56,239 nt of DNA from a virus (lineage: Duplodnaviria; Caudoviricetes). The translations under genes were made by a program, and so were the position numbers. The notes under the pieces were generated by a model, which searched no databases, had not been told where the DNA came from, and was given only the letters and a program-made list of their open reading frames with translations. The stretch spans positions 1 to 56,239 of the IMG/VR virus record IMGVR_UViG_3300011334_000247; one strand, given 5' to 3'. Positions 26,237 to 35,178 of the stretch are shown here, piece by piece (position 1 is the stretch's first letter; each line of letters starts with the position of its first letter).

Positions 26237-26515
26237 TTTGATGAAGGGCCGGTTACTTTGCGCACCTAGAGAATGCAAGGAGCAAGCACGGCATGCAGGG
26301 AGCTCCAGCCCCTCATCAAAAAGTCCCCGTCTTTCCAGGGTGTCATGTCGGCTACTCGCTGCACTGATTACTGTGCGCTTCACTTCAGAGTCACTCAGCA
26401 TCCGCTTTGGCTAACACGGCTGGGGACTGTGGGTCCAACGAGCAAGAAGCCCCAATTGGCTACCTGTGGCTGGCAATCCCCATGCGTGTTAGGCCCCGTC
26501 TTTCCGGGGTGTCAT
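26237..26515 (-). ncRNA. Candidate structured ncRNA cluster (three long stems with variable loops; two TGACACCCYGGAAAGACGGGG elements)
   Basis: Stems 26237-52/26305-20 and 26411-29/26474-92; 22-nt repeats at 26325-46 and 26494-515; G-U pairs favour the - strand. Confidence 0.55.
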
Positions 26516-26550
26516 CGCAAGCGGGTCATAACTCCGCAACGAGGCGAATC

Positions 26551-27090
26551 TTATTTTAAGAAGTCATCAACTTCATCGCTGAAGTCATCCTCTGCGCGGC
26601 TGCGGCCAGACAGTGGTTCACCGTCTGCCAGCTTCTGCACATTGTTCAAACCACATGCGATGCCCTTGTTTCCATCCACGCTGTACGCGTAGAAGTTAAT
26701 CGACACGCGACCATAGCAACCGCTGTAAACCTCATCAGCATCCATGATCTCGACTTTGTCAATGTCGATCACGCCAGGGCGTTGGTTGCTGTTGCAGTTA
26801 ATGAAGTAGTGGCCCTTGTACTCTGGGCTCTTTTCTACATCACGGTCGGTGTCACCATCGCGCAAAGGCAACTTGAAACTGGCAAGGAATTTACCACCCC
26901 AGGTTGATGTGCTCTTCGCGTCAGTCTTGACAGCATCGACCGCGCCTTTGATCTTGTCGATCGTGGCTTTGTCGGACTTTGGAATCAAGATTGCCAAGCT
27001 GTATTTGTCTTTGTCATTCTTCTTGAAGATGTTGACGTAAGACAAACGCACCTTGCCGGTGACGATCTTTGTTGTTTGCTGTGTAGCCAT
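26551..27090 (-). CDS. DUF2815 family ssDNA-binding protein
   Basis: VRLSYVNIF, PLRDGD, VYSGCYGRVSINFYAY..GNKGIACGLNNVQK, acidic C-tail. Confidence 0.9.
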   Translation of the reverse strand: MATQQTTKIVTGKVRLSYVNIFKKNDKDKYSLAILIPKSDKATIDKIKGAVDAVKTDAKSTSTWGGKFLASFKLPLRDGDTDRDVEKSPEYKGHYFINCNSNQRPGVIDIDKVEIMDADEVYSGCYGRVSINFYAYSVDGNKGIACGLNNVQKLADGEPLSGRSRAEDDFSDEVDDFLK

Positions 27091-27115
27091 TTGAGTGTTT
27101 TCCTTGTTCACTGGT

Positions 27116-28285
27116 TTACGAGAAATCTTCTACTGCGGATGCAGCAGAAGCGAGTGCCGGTCTTTTGTCAGAGACTTGGACCAGCGTTGGTTTGCCTTCG
27201 GGCTTGACGATTAAACCATCAAGCACTTCGGCGAACACCTTCTTACCGACCGCCTTCTCCATGGCAGTGATGCCCAAGAGACTGCGTTCGTATATTACTT
27301 CTTCAGGTATGCCAGCCTCTACCAACTTGGCAGCAACTACATCCTGGTCTGAATACTTCCTGTTGGATCGACCTTCAACTAACTTGAAACCGGGCACGAT
27401 TGTGTTGTGCTCGGTTGCCTGTTTGAATGCGTATGCTTTCAAGTCGTTGAACCAATCGATCACCATGTCTGCTTTGGGTAGCAGCTCTGCAATGCGATCC
27501 ATTGAAAGGCTTGCCGGCAATGGTGGCTGCGCATCTTCAATCGGACCAAACTCCTGCTGCGCAACTGCGATCGCTTGCGCTGCTCTTGCCGGGCATGTGA
27601 ACCTGGCCTTGCAAAACGAGCTGGTGCAGTGGTCACCTGCAACGAACTTGCCCTTACCTTGCCAGGCTAAGTCTGCAAGAGGCTTGACTTCGTATGTTGC
27701 CCAATCAAGCAAGTCATCGATGTGTAGTTCCTCGCTTCCAAAGTTGTGGAGCCTTGGTTGCAACACAGTCATGCGTACGCGGAAGATGTCATAGAGATGG
27801 CACAGCTCATTGAACGCGCCAAGCCCATACAAACGCAACTGGCTGTTGTGTTTTGGTTCAACGTAGATTCCTTTGCCGTACTTCAGGTCCATCACCTCAA
27901 CGATGCCGTCGGCCACGATCACCAGGTCACCGGTGCCGAAGCCTTCGGGTACCCACAAGCTGAAGTCAAGTCGACGTTCGACCATGATGACTGGGTCCTT
28001 GCAATCGAGTTTGATTTCCTCGATGCGCCGGATCGCATAGTTGACTGACTCTTGCACATAGTCGCGCAGCTCTTGGCTGTCGAAGTGCATGAGCTCTTTG
28101 GGTAGTGGATCGACTGGTCGACCCAGGTAGGTCAGCATCTCTTGCTCAAACACCGCATGGGCAAACGTGCCTTCGCGTGCGAACTCGCTACCCTCATCGG
28201 GGAACTGCGCTTCCAGGTTTGCACTGGGTGTGCACGTCATCCACTTCTCGCTACCGGATGCTGATAGCTTTGCGTGTGCTGTCAT
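27116..28285 (-). CDS. DUF2800 family PD-(D/E)xK (Cas4-like) exonuclease
   Basis: HAKLSAS..W..C, EGTFAH, FGTGD, DLKYGKG, QLRLYGLG, C..FC. Confidence 0.9.
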   Translation of the reverse strand: MTAHAKLSASGSEKWMTCTPSANLEAQFPDEGSEFAREGTFAHAVFEQEMLTYLGRPVDPLPKELMHFDSQELRDYVQESVNYAIRRIEEIKLDCKDPVIMVERRLDFSLWVPEGFGTGDLVIVADGIVEVMDLKYGKGIYVEPKHNSQLRLYGLGAFNELCHLYDIFRVRMTVLQPRLHNFGSEELHIDDLLDWATYEVKPLADLAWQGKGKFVAGDHCTSSFCKARFTCPARAAQAIAVAQQEFGPIEDAQPPLPASLSMDRIAELLPKADMVIDWFNDLKAYAFKQATEHNTIVPGFKLVEGRSNRKYSDQDVVAAKLVEAGIPEEVIYERSLLGITAMEKAVGKKVFAEVLDGLIVKPEGKPTLVQVSDKRPALASAASAVEDFS

Positions 28286-28464
28286 ACTTCCCTCGCTTTC
28301 AACATTGCATCTGCCACTGAATAAGCCCATTCAGCAACCTTATCAGGGTTGCCATCGTGATATGTATATGGGTTTGCCAAAGCCTTTGCCGCAAAATAAT
28401 CGCGCAGACTCATGCCACGTATGTTGGTGTAATGAGCATTTGGAAATGCCTCTGGATTTTTCAT
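28282..28464 (-). CDS. Conserved small phage protein
   Basis: GMSLRDYFAAKA...AYSVADAMLKAR family motif. Confidence 0.75.
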   Translation of the reverse strand: MKNPEAFPNAHYTNIRGMSLRDYFAAKALANPYTYHDGNPDKVAEWAYSVADAMLKAREV

Positions 28465-28739
28465 TTACCATACCTCGGTGCACAAGTTACGTCGACAGGG
28501 ACTGTCGACAAGAAGCCGTTGATGCGGCGACGGGCCGTGATCATCACAGGGCGAAGGCCGCTGTCTTCGCATTCCTTCACGCTGTTGATGACCTCGTTGC
28601 GTGTGAGCATGGTGATCTCTTTGTCGACGATCAGCTCAGTGTTTTGGTACGTATTGTGACTGGCAATGTGCGCAGGCTGCGGTGCAGGCGTTGAGCATGC
28701 AGCCAGCGTGAGCACGGCCAGGACAAGCGCGGGCTTCAC
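28461..28739 (-). CDS. Putative lipoprotein
   Basis: MKPALVLAVLTLAA-C lipobox. Confidence 0.65.
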   Translation of the reverse strand: MKPALVLAVLTLAACSTPAPQPAHIASHNTYQNTELIVDKEITMLTRNEVINSVKECEDSGLRPVMITARRRINGFLSTVPVDVTCAPRYGK

Positions 28740-29020
28740 GACATAGCCTTTCTAATCGCATCGCCTGTCGCGTACTCAGTGTGGTACTTCTCAGTTGCCT
28801 GTGTCAATGCAAGCAGAAAACCGAGCTGGCCAATTTTGCGCATCTCAAGGTCAGGGCCTGTTGCCAGTGCCGCGCCAACAGTGTCCGCACCTGCGCTAAG
28901 AAAAACAGCCGTTGCAATAGTCCCGCCCTCGGTCTCTACCATCTTCTCGTACTCGGCAAGATGCCGGTCGGCTCGCGCACAGGCAAGCTCTGATATTCGG
29001 TCTAGTTCGGCTTGTGTCAT
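28736..29020 (-). CDS. Hypothetical protein
   Basis: MTQAELDRISEL...; overlaps neighbours by 4 nt. Confidence 0.6.
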   Translation of the reverse strand: MTQAELDRISELACARADRHLAEYEKMVETEGGTIATAVFLSAGADTVGAALATGPDLEMRKIGQLGFLLALTQATEKYHTEYATGDAIRKAMS

Positions 29021-29229
29021 ACAGGCACACCAACAATGTTGGATGGGTCCATGCTGTTGTACCAAGCAATCGCGTCGTCGGACACTTGCTTCGCGTTTGC
29101 GCTGATGTAGCTCGCAATGATCAGCGCAGGTGTGGGCACCTCTTCAATTGCTTCTGGCCTGTCGAGTGAACCCTCGATGGTGAACTGATTGTCAGGCGCG
29201 TCTTTGATGATGATGGTTGCAATGGTCAA
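29017..29229 (-). CDS. Hypothetical protein (TTG start)
   Basis: GGAG RBS before TTG; fills operon gap. Confidence 0.55.
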   Translation of the reverse strand: MTIATIIIKDAPDNQFTIEGSLDRPEAIEEVPTPALIIASYISANAKQVSDDAIAWYNSMDPSNIVGVPV

Positions 29230-29230
29230 T

Positions 29231-29590
29231 TTAAATCTCCAATTCTGATGTGATCTGACGAAGGCTGAGGTGCAATCGTTCGAGGCGAGTGACTTGGTCG
29301 TTGATCGATCCAACCAAAGAGCTGTAGCTGCGCTCAGCCCGGTTTTCTTTGGCGGTCATCGGCCCAGGACCTGGCTGGCGCAAGACGTGCGTGCGCTGGT
29401 CCAGGTCGCTGACTGCATCGTCGATCGATCCGATGATTGCCATCAAGCGATTCATGCTCTCGGCCATGGGCATTTCGCGAGCTGCACCTAAGATCGCGCC
29501 GGGGCGAAGCTGTTGCTCTTGTGCATAGGCTTCACGCTTGGCCATCTCTTCCAACACCCGTGGGTCAGTTGCGTAGTTGCGCTCGTACAT
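29231..29590 (-). CDS. Hypothetical coiled-coil protein
   Basis: 119-aa ORF, TAATG coupling. Confidence 0.65.
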   Translation of the reverse strand: MYERNYATDPRVLEEMAKREAYAQEQQLRPGAILGAAREMPMAESMNRLMAIIGSIDDAVSDLDQRTHVLRQPGPGPMTAKENRAERSYSSLVGSINDQVTRLERLHLSLRQITSELEI

Positions 29591-29937
29591 TACAGCTTCT
29601 CCGCTTTGGCTAACAAGGCTGTGTAGTCTTCGGGTTTTACTTCGGTCAATTTGCTTGCACCAAACTCGGCGATCAGTGCAGCGACGTGATCCTTCTTGCC
29701 TGCCTGGCTGATTGTTGCCAGCTTGGCACGCACTGCTTCCAGGGTGAGTTCATCTGACTTCTGTTCCGGGGCAGGTGCAGGGGATGCCTTCGCAGAAGAG
29801 GCACGGGGTGCGGTCTTTGGCGGTGGGCTTTCGGTCTTGAAGTTTTCCAGGGGCGTTAAAACCGGGTAGTCTTGCAATAATTTCGTCACTGCTGCTACTT
29901 GTGCCGGAGTCACCGGCGCGATTGTGATTGTGATCAT
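29590..29937 (-). CDS. Conserved protein of DUF2800/DUF2815 operons
   Basis: LTLEAVRAKL...FGASKLTEVKPEDY..L C-terminal domain. Confidence 0.7.
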   Translation of the reverse strand: MITITIAPVTPAQVAAVTKLLQDYPVLTPLENFKTESPPPKTAPRASSAKASPAPAPEQKSDELTLEAVRAKLATISQAGKKDHVAALIAEFGASKLTEVKPEDYTALLAKAEKL

Positions 29938-29962
29938 TTGTCATCTCTCTTATGGATTAGGT

Positions 29963-30151
29963 TTATTTGACGCGGCGAACGCGTTCTTGTAGGAATGGGG
30001 GTTTTGTTTCAGGCTCTAAATAAACTGGTTCGCGTCCGGTTGGCTTCCAACCAAATCGCCGCCACGTTGCCTGTACATCTGCGCCCGTCGTCCATTTGAA
30101 GTCGGGGTGAGACGCCGGTATTGTTGGGTCTATGCGTCTAGCTACTGCCAT
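29963..30151 (-). CDS. Hypothetical protein
   Basis: GGAGG RBS; F.W..GADVQATWRRFGW motif. Confidence 0.65.
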   Translation of the reverse strand: MAVARRIDPTIPASHPDFKWTTGADVQATWRRFGWKPTGREPVYLEPETKPPFLQERVRRVK

Positions 30152-30185
30152 CCTTGTTACCTCCTTGTTGCTGGTTAGTGCGGCG

Positions 30186-30244
30186 GATGATAGCAGAACT
30201 TTCATGCGTGTTGTCAAATTATTTTTGAAAGTGATGCTATCATC
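30186..30244. promoter_or_regulatory. Divergent promoter/operator region with 19-bp inverted repeat
   Basis: 30186-30204 and 30226-30244 are inverted copies (17/19) of TGAAAGTnnTGCTATCATC, each holding an extended -10 TGnTATCAT. Confidence 0.6.
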
Positions 30245-30251
30245 GCGCCCC

Positions 30252-30464
30252 ATGACTACAAGAGACATCATCAAAAAACTTGGGGGCCCCGTCTACGTGG
30301 GCTGGTGTTTGGGTATCAACTCTCAGGCTGTGAGCCATTGGTCATCGAAGAACCGCATACCGGTTGCTCGAGTGCCGGAGCTGATGCGTTTGTGCAACAA
30401 ACTTGGTGTACGGGTTACGCCAAAACAGATGCGCCCTGACATCAAATGGCATGGTATGGCATGA
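30252..30464 (+). CDS. Cro/YdaS-like HTH regulator
   Basis: IIKKLGG...LGINSQAVSHW...IP...MRPDI; probably leaderless. Confidence 0.75.
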   Translation: MTTRDIIKKLGGPVYVGWCLGINSQAVSHWSSKNRIPVARVPELMRLCNKLGVRVTPKQMRPDIKWHGMA

Positions 30465-30658
30465 CACAGACTCGATACGACCTGGTACTTTCCCTAGATG
30501 CCTTGCGTGCAATGATTGCAGGTGAGATGCTTGAGTTGCAGATTGATGAAGACATTGTGATTTCGATTTGTTGTGACGGTAGAACCGTTGAGACATTCAG
30601 AGATCACATCAACAAAGCGATGTTGGAATTGTTACCTACACCACCTCTTGTGAATTAA
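30461..30658 (+). CDS. Hypothetical protein
   Basis: ATGA-coupled to Cro-like gene. Confidence 0.55.
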   Translation: MTQTRYDLVLSLDALRAMIAGEMLELQIDEDIVISICCDGRTVETFRDHINKAMLELLPTPPLVN

Positions 30659-30696
30659 ACCGAGCTGCGCGGATCGCAGTGTTTGATGGAGTTTGT

Positions 30697-30879
30697 ATGA
30701 GCAGTAGGCTTGATTATTTTGATGACCTTTTACGAGACTGCCTGCGTGCAGTGCACGATGTAGGAATACCTGAAGAACACCACGGCGTTGTGATCGCAGC
30801 GTTGATCCAGTCTGATAGCTACAACGGTTTGCGCAAAGCGATGTTGCAAGCTGAAGCTAATCGGAGGGCTGTGTTATGA
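30697..30879 (+). CDS. Hypothetical protein
   Basis: GGAG RBS; MSSRLDYFDD... Confidence 0.55.
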   Translation: MSSRLDYFDDLLRDCLRAVHDVGIPEEHHGVVIAALIQSDSYNGLRKAMLQAEANRRAVL

Positions 30880-31106
30880 CGCTGAAAGACTTTATAAAAC
30901 AAGCCACTGAAGAGTACGGATGGGGCGCTAGTTTTTTCAACCACGAAACATTTGAACAGCTGATCCGGGCTGATGAACGTGAGGCGTGTGCAAAGGTGTG
31001 TGATGAATTGATAGCGCCTGACATTTATAGCGACACAGACGTGTCAATGTGGGATGTGACTTGCATGGAGTGCGCTACTGCCATCAGAGCAAGGGGGCAA
31101 GCATGA
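30876..31106 (+). CDS. Hypothetical protein
   Basis: ADEREACAKVCD...CATAIRARG motif common in phages. Confidence 0.65.
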   Translation: MTLKDFIKQATEEYGWGASFFNHETFEQLIRADEREACAKVCDELIAPDIYSDTDVSMWDVTCMECATAIRARGQA

Positions 31107-33415
31107 GCCGACCCTCAGTATTACCCGTGCAGCTGGAGACCATACCGGCTGAGATGCGTGCTCTCAACAGGTGGGTGATGTGGCAGCTGGTGCAGCGCAA
31201 AGGTCGATGGACGAAGATGCCCAAGACCATCAACGGTGCAGCGGCCAGCAGCACTGACCCGACTACATGGTCTACGTTCGACGACGTGTGCGACGCTCTC
31301 ATCATGGGCGACGGCTTCGACGGCATCGGCCTTGTGCTCGGTGACGACGTGCATGGCATCGACCTGGACGACTGCCGTGACCCAGTGACAGGTGACTTGA
31401 CCGAGCTGGCCGTTGAGGTGTTGGACCAGGTGCAAGGTTACGCGGAGGTGTCGCCCAGTGGCACGGGCATCAAGCTGTTCGCGAAGACGAACCTGGACGG
31501 TAGTCGTACCAAGAAGGAAGTGGGTGTCGAGCTGTACAAGGACGGTCGTTATTTCACCGTCACAGGACACCGGCTCAACGGTCACGACCATGTGGTCGAT
31601 GACGTGCAGGACCTGGCTTGGTTCGTTGAGAGGGTGTGGGCCGAACAGCTGAGTGAGTCTGGAAGCGTCGACGCTGACGAGCGGGCCTTGGCCAACTACA
31701 AGCCAGTGCTCGAAGACTGGGACCTGGACCGAGTGATGACAGAGGTGCTGCCTTACCTGGACCCTGACGGCGGATACGAAGAGTGGCTGAAGGTAGGGGC
31801 TGCACTGCATCACCAGGGTGTGGGCTCGGAGGAATGGCTCGAGGCGTGGGACAGCTGGTCTGCTCAGTCAGGCAAGTGGGTCGAGGGCGTGTGTGCTGAC
31901 AAGTGGTCATCGTTCAGTGAGCAGCGAGACGTTGGCCGTGGTGCTGTGACGTTGGCCTCACTGCTGAAGGCGACCAAGGAGAAGAGGGCTGCTGCTGTGA
32001 GGTCAGAGCGCGACCAGATGATGGCCGACCTGCTTGACCAGATCGACAACGCTGCCGACCCTCGCGACCTGCAAGAGAAGATCGCTGCGAAGGCTGCACA
32101 CAACGGTGACTTGTCAGACGTCGAGCGTGCTCAGCTGGCCTCTGCTATCCAGCTGCGTGCGAAGTCACTGGGAGTCAAGCTGGAGATCGCAACGGTGCGT
32201 GGTTGGCTTCGTCCAAGGGTGCGTGCATCGTTCCCACACCTGAACGACGACGGTCACCCACTGTGCACGCTTGAGAACTTCGGTGTCTTGCTTGAGCGCC
32301 TGGGTGTGACGATCAGGTACAACGTGATAGGTAAGGCTTTCGACGTGCTGGTGCCGGACTCGGGCTTTAGCCGTGACAACCGTGACAACTCAGCACTTGC
32401 GTACATCTTCTCCGAGTGCGAGAAGGCACGCATGTCTACCAAGCACATCGTGCAGTACCTGCCAATGGTCGCAGACATGAACCAGTACAACCCGGTGGTG
32501 ACTTGGGTCGAGTCAAAGGAATGGGATGGGGTGAGTCGGCTGGAGAAGTTTTACGCAACCGTCGACACCGGCGGCCAGATGCCAGAGGATTTGAAAAAGA
32601 TGCTCATGCGCAAGTGGTTGGTCCAGGCGATTGGTGCAGCCTTCTCACCCGATGGCATTGCGGCCCAGGGCATCCTGACATTCACAGGCCCACAGAACAT
32701 AGGCAAGACAACCTGGTTTCAAAAGCTGGCACCCGAATCCTTGGACGTGATCCTGACCGGGCACACACTTGACGTGCGTTCAAAGGATTCATGCCTGATC
32801 GTTTTGAAGTATTGGATCGTCGAGCTTGGCGAGATCGATGCGACATTCAAGAAGTCAGACGTCGCAGTCTTGAAGTCGTTCATCACCCAAGCGATCGACA
32901 ACATCAGACGTCCATACGCGATGACCGAGTCGACCTATGCAAGGCGCACCGTGTTTGGCGCAACGGTCAACGACGAATGGTTCTTGGCCGATCCGACCGG
33001 GAACAGGCGTTTCTGGACGATACCCGTCGTGAAATTCAACTTAGAACTTTTTGGTTCAGAGCTTGACATGCAGCAGCTGTGGGCTGAGGTGCTTGTTTTG
33101 TGGAGAAACGGGGAGCGTTGGAACTTGTCAATGGAAGAGACCGGGGTCCTGGGCGAGCACAACGAGGGGTTCACTGCGGTCGATCCGATTGATGAGCGGA
33201 TAGGTGCGGCGTGGGCCTGGAGTGACGTTGTGGTTGATTGGGATTGGGTCACGGCGACCGATGTGCTGATGAAAATTGGGATCAAGGACCCGAGTAAGTA
33301 TCAGACGATCGCGGCATCGAGGGCATTGAAGAAGTTGAACGGAGGTCAGCGGAAAAAGTCGAATGGCCGGGTGCTTTTTGCAATTCCGTCTGCGTCGATC
33401 GATTTTCTAGGGTAA
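31103..33415 (+). CDS. Primase-polymerase / PriCT-2 / VapE-type helicase fusion
   Basis: GIDLDDC, YAEVSPSGTG, ELY...RYFTVTG; YEEWLKVGAALH..WDSWS; GPQNIGKTT, IVELGE, DPTGNRRFW. Confidence 0.9.
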   Translation: MSRPSVLPVQLETIPAEMRALNRWVMWQLVQRKGRWTKMPKTINGAAASSTDPTTWSTFDDVCDALIMGDGFDGIGLVLGDDVHGIDLDDCRDPVTGDLTELAVEVLDQVQGYAEVSPSGTGIKLFAKTNLDGSRTKKEVGVELYKDGRYFTVTGHRLNGHDHVVDDVQDLAWFVERVWAEQLSESGSVDADERALANYKPVLEDWDLDRVMTEVLPYLDPDGGYEEWLKVGAALHHQGVGSEEWLEAWDSWSAQSGKWVEGVCADKWSSFSEQRDVGRGAVTLASLLKATKEKRAAAVRSERDQMMADLLDQIDNAADPRDLQEKIAAKAAHNGDLSDVERAQLASAIQLRAKSLGVKLEIATVRGWLRPRVRASFPHLNDDGHPLCTLENFGVLLERLGVTIRYNVIGKAFDVLVPDSGFSRDNRDNSALAYIFSECEKARMSTKHIVQYLPMVADMNQYNPVVTWVESKEWDGVSRLEKFYATVDTGGQMPEDLKKMLMRKWLVQAIGAAFSPDGIAAQGILTFTGPQNIGKTTWFQKLAPESLDVILTGHTLDVRSKDSCLIVLKYWIVELGEIDATFKKSDVAVLKSFITQAIDNIRRPYAMTESTYARRTVFGATVNDEWFLADPTGNRRFWTIPVVKFNLELFGSELDMQQLWAEVLVLWRNGERWNLSMEETGVLGEHNEGFTAVDPIDERIGAAWAWSDVVVDWDWVTATDVLMKIGIKDPSKYQTIAASRALKKLNGGQRKKSNGRVLFAIPSASIDFLG

Positions 33416-33619
33416 AGGGCATTATGGCCGGGGAGTATTGCCCTGGGTAATGCCCTTGCCTAAGTTCTTGATTCTCTTATTCTTTTCTTCTTTTAGGGTA
33501 TTAGGGTATTAGAAATAGAAGTATAAATAGGGAGGAGAGAATTAAATGAAGGATAGAAAAAAAGTCCCCTATAAGGGTATAGGGTTTTTAAGTGCTAATG
33601 CCCTTTACCCTAATGCCCT
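33408..33619. repeat. Putative replication origin (17-bp inverted repeat plus short iterons around an AT-rich core)
   Basis: TAGGGTAAAGGGCATTA 33408-24 / TAATGCCCTTTACCCTA 33596-612; further TAATGCCCT and TAGGGTAT copies. Confidence 0.55.
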
Positions 33620-33881
33620 GGAAAAGACGATCGAGGGGTACCTGGTGAAGAGGGTGAAGGCGGCTGGCGGGATGGCACCGAAGTGGGTTTCACCTGGTCA
33701 GAGTGGTGTTCCGGACAGGATTGTTTTTCTGCCTGGTGGTCGGATTATTTTTGTGGAAGTCAAAGCCCCAGGCAAAAAGCTGAGGCCGCTTCAGGTGCAC
33801 GTGCAAGGTCAGCTGGAGGCGCTTGGCGTGGATTTTCGGGTCGTGGACTCAAAGGAGACAGTTAATGCTTTATTCTGCTAG
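33546..33881 (+). CDS. VRR-NUC domain nuclease (start uncertain)
   Basis: EKTIE..L...KWVSPG..GVPDRIV...FVEVKAPG..LRPLQ. Confidence 0.85.
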   Translation: MKDRKKVPYKGIGFLSANALYPNALEKTIEGYLVKRVKAAGGMAPKWVSPGQSGVPDRIVFLPGGRIIFVEVKAPGKKLRPLQVHVQGQLEALGVDFRVVDSKETVNALFC

Positions 33882-35178
33882 GCCAGCGCAAGCGGTCACC
33901 CAGGCCCGAATGCTGGAAAACCCTTATCAGTTGGTTGCACTGAGGATGGGTGGCGGCAAGACCGTGGCGACCCTGACAGCGATCAATGATTTGAAGTTGG
34001 CCAAGACCCTGGTGGTGGCACCCAAGAGGGTGGCCGAAATGGTTTGGCACAGGGAGGCAGCCAAGTGGGACCACCTGGCCAAGATGCGTGTGGCCAAGGT
34101 CCTGGGGACCAAGGACCAGAGGATGCGTGGGCTGATGCAGGATGCGGATGTGTACGTGATCAACCGGGAGAATTTTGTTTGGCTGGTCAAGCTGGTGGCC
34201 GAGAGCAAGCAGCCCTGGCCGTTTGATTGCGTGGTGATCGACGAGAACATTGGGTTCAAGGACAGAAGCAGCAAAAGCTGGCAGGCCCTGAAAAGCGTCA
34301 GGAAGGCCATAGAGAGGCTTTACATCCTGACAGGTACCCCTGACCCTAACGGTGATTTACTGGACCTCTGGCCGCAGATTAGCATGCTTGACGGGGGTAA
34401 ACGGTTGGGCACGGGGATCACCAAGTACAAGGACAGGTGGTATTTGCCGGACAAGAGGAACGGCACGACGATCTACAGCTGGAAGCTGAAGCCGGGGGCC
34501 AGGGCTGAGATACAAGAGCTGGTCAGGGATGTGATGGTGAGCATCGACAGCGACACACAGCTGCCGCCACGGATCGACAACGTGGTGCCGGTGCCATTCA
34601 ATCGAAAGAGGTATGACGAGATGGAGGCGACCCAGATCAGCGGCCCGGTGGTTGCGGTCAACCCGGCAGTGCTGGCTGGCAAGCTGGCACAGATGGCCAA
34701 CGGCGCTGTGTATGACGACCAGAAGGTGGTGCACCCGATACACGACGGGAAGCTGGACGCGCTGGCCGAGATAGTGGAACAGGGTGAGCCGGTCTTGTGT
34801 TTTATTTCGTATGTTCACGACTGGGACCGGATCAAAGAGAGATTCCCCCAGGCCGTGAAGTTCACCGGCGACGACGTATTGGACGACTGGCAGGCCGGAA
34901 ATATCAAGTTGATGGTGATGCACCCAGCAAGCGGCGGGCACGGCGTAGACGGGCTACAGGTGGGCGGCAATGTGGCTGTTTGGTACGGGCTGCCATTCAG
35001 TTTGGATTTGTACGAACAGGCAAACGCCAGGCTTCAACGGCCAGGACAGAAGCACCAGGTAACGGTGCATCACCTGGTTGCAGTCAATACGATTGATGAA
35101 CGGATCATGCGAGTGCTTGAGACCAAGGGCGACATGCAGCAGGCTTTGATTGACGCAGTAAAGGAGATTCGAGGATGA
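33865..35178 (+). CDS. SNF2-family helicase
   Basis: MGGGKT, VVAPKRVA, VIDE, LTGTP, HPASGGHG, QANARLQRPGQ. Confidence 0.9.
   Translation: MLYSARPAQAVTQARMLENPYQLVALRMGGGKTVATLTAINDLKLAKTLVVAPKRVAEMVWHREAAKWDHLAKMRVAKVLGTKDQRMRGLMQDADVYVINRENFVWLVKLVAESKQPWPFDCVVIDENIGFKDRSSKSWQALKSVRKAIERLYILTGTPDPNGDLLDLWPQISMLDGGKRLGTGITKYKDRWYLPDKRNGTTIYSWKLKPGARAEIQELVRDVMVSIDSDTQLPPRIDNVVPVPFNRKRYDEMEATQISGPVVAVNPAVLAGKLAQMANGAVYDDQKVVHPIHDGKLDALAEIVEQGEPVLCFISYVHDWDRIKERFPQAVKFTGDDVLDDWQAGNIKLMVMHPASGGHGVDGLQVGGNVAVWYGLPFSLDLYEQANARLQRPGQKHQVTVHHLVAVNTIDERIMRVLETKGDMQQALIDAVKEIRG

Noticed and set aside
26216-26401. N-terminal extension of the 25961 ORF to 146 aa
   Set aside because: A strong AGGAG RBS precedes ATG 26215, and the extension runs through paired stems and repeats.
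29963-30464. Lysogeny module
   Set aside because: Only a Cro-like HTH is present; no CI with S24 peptidase, integrase or partition genes were recognised.
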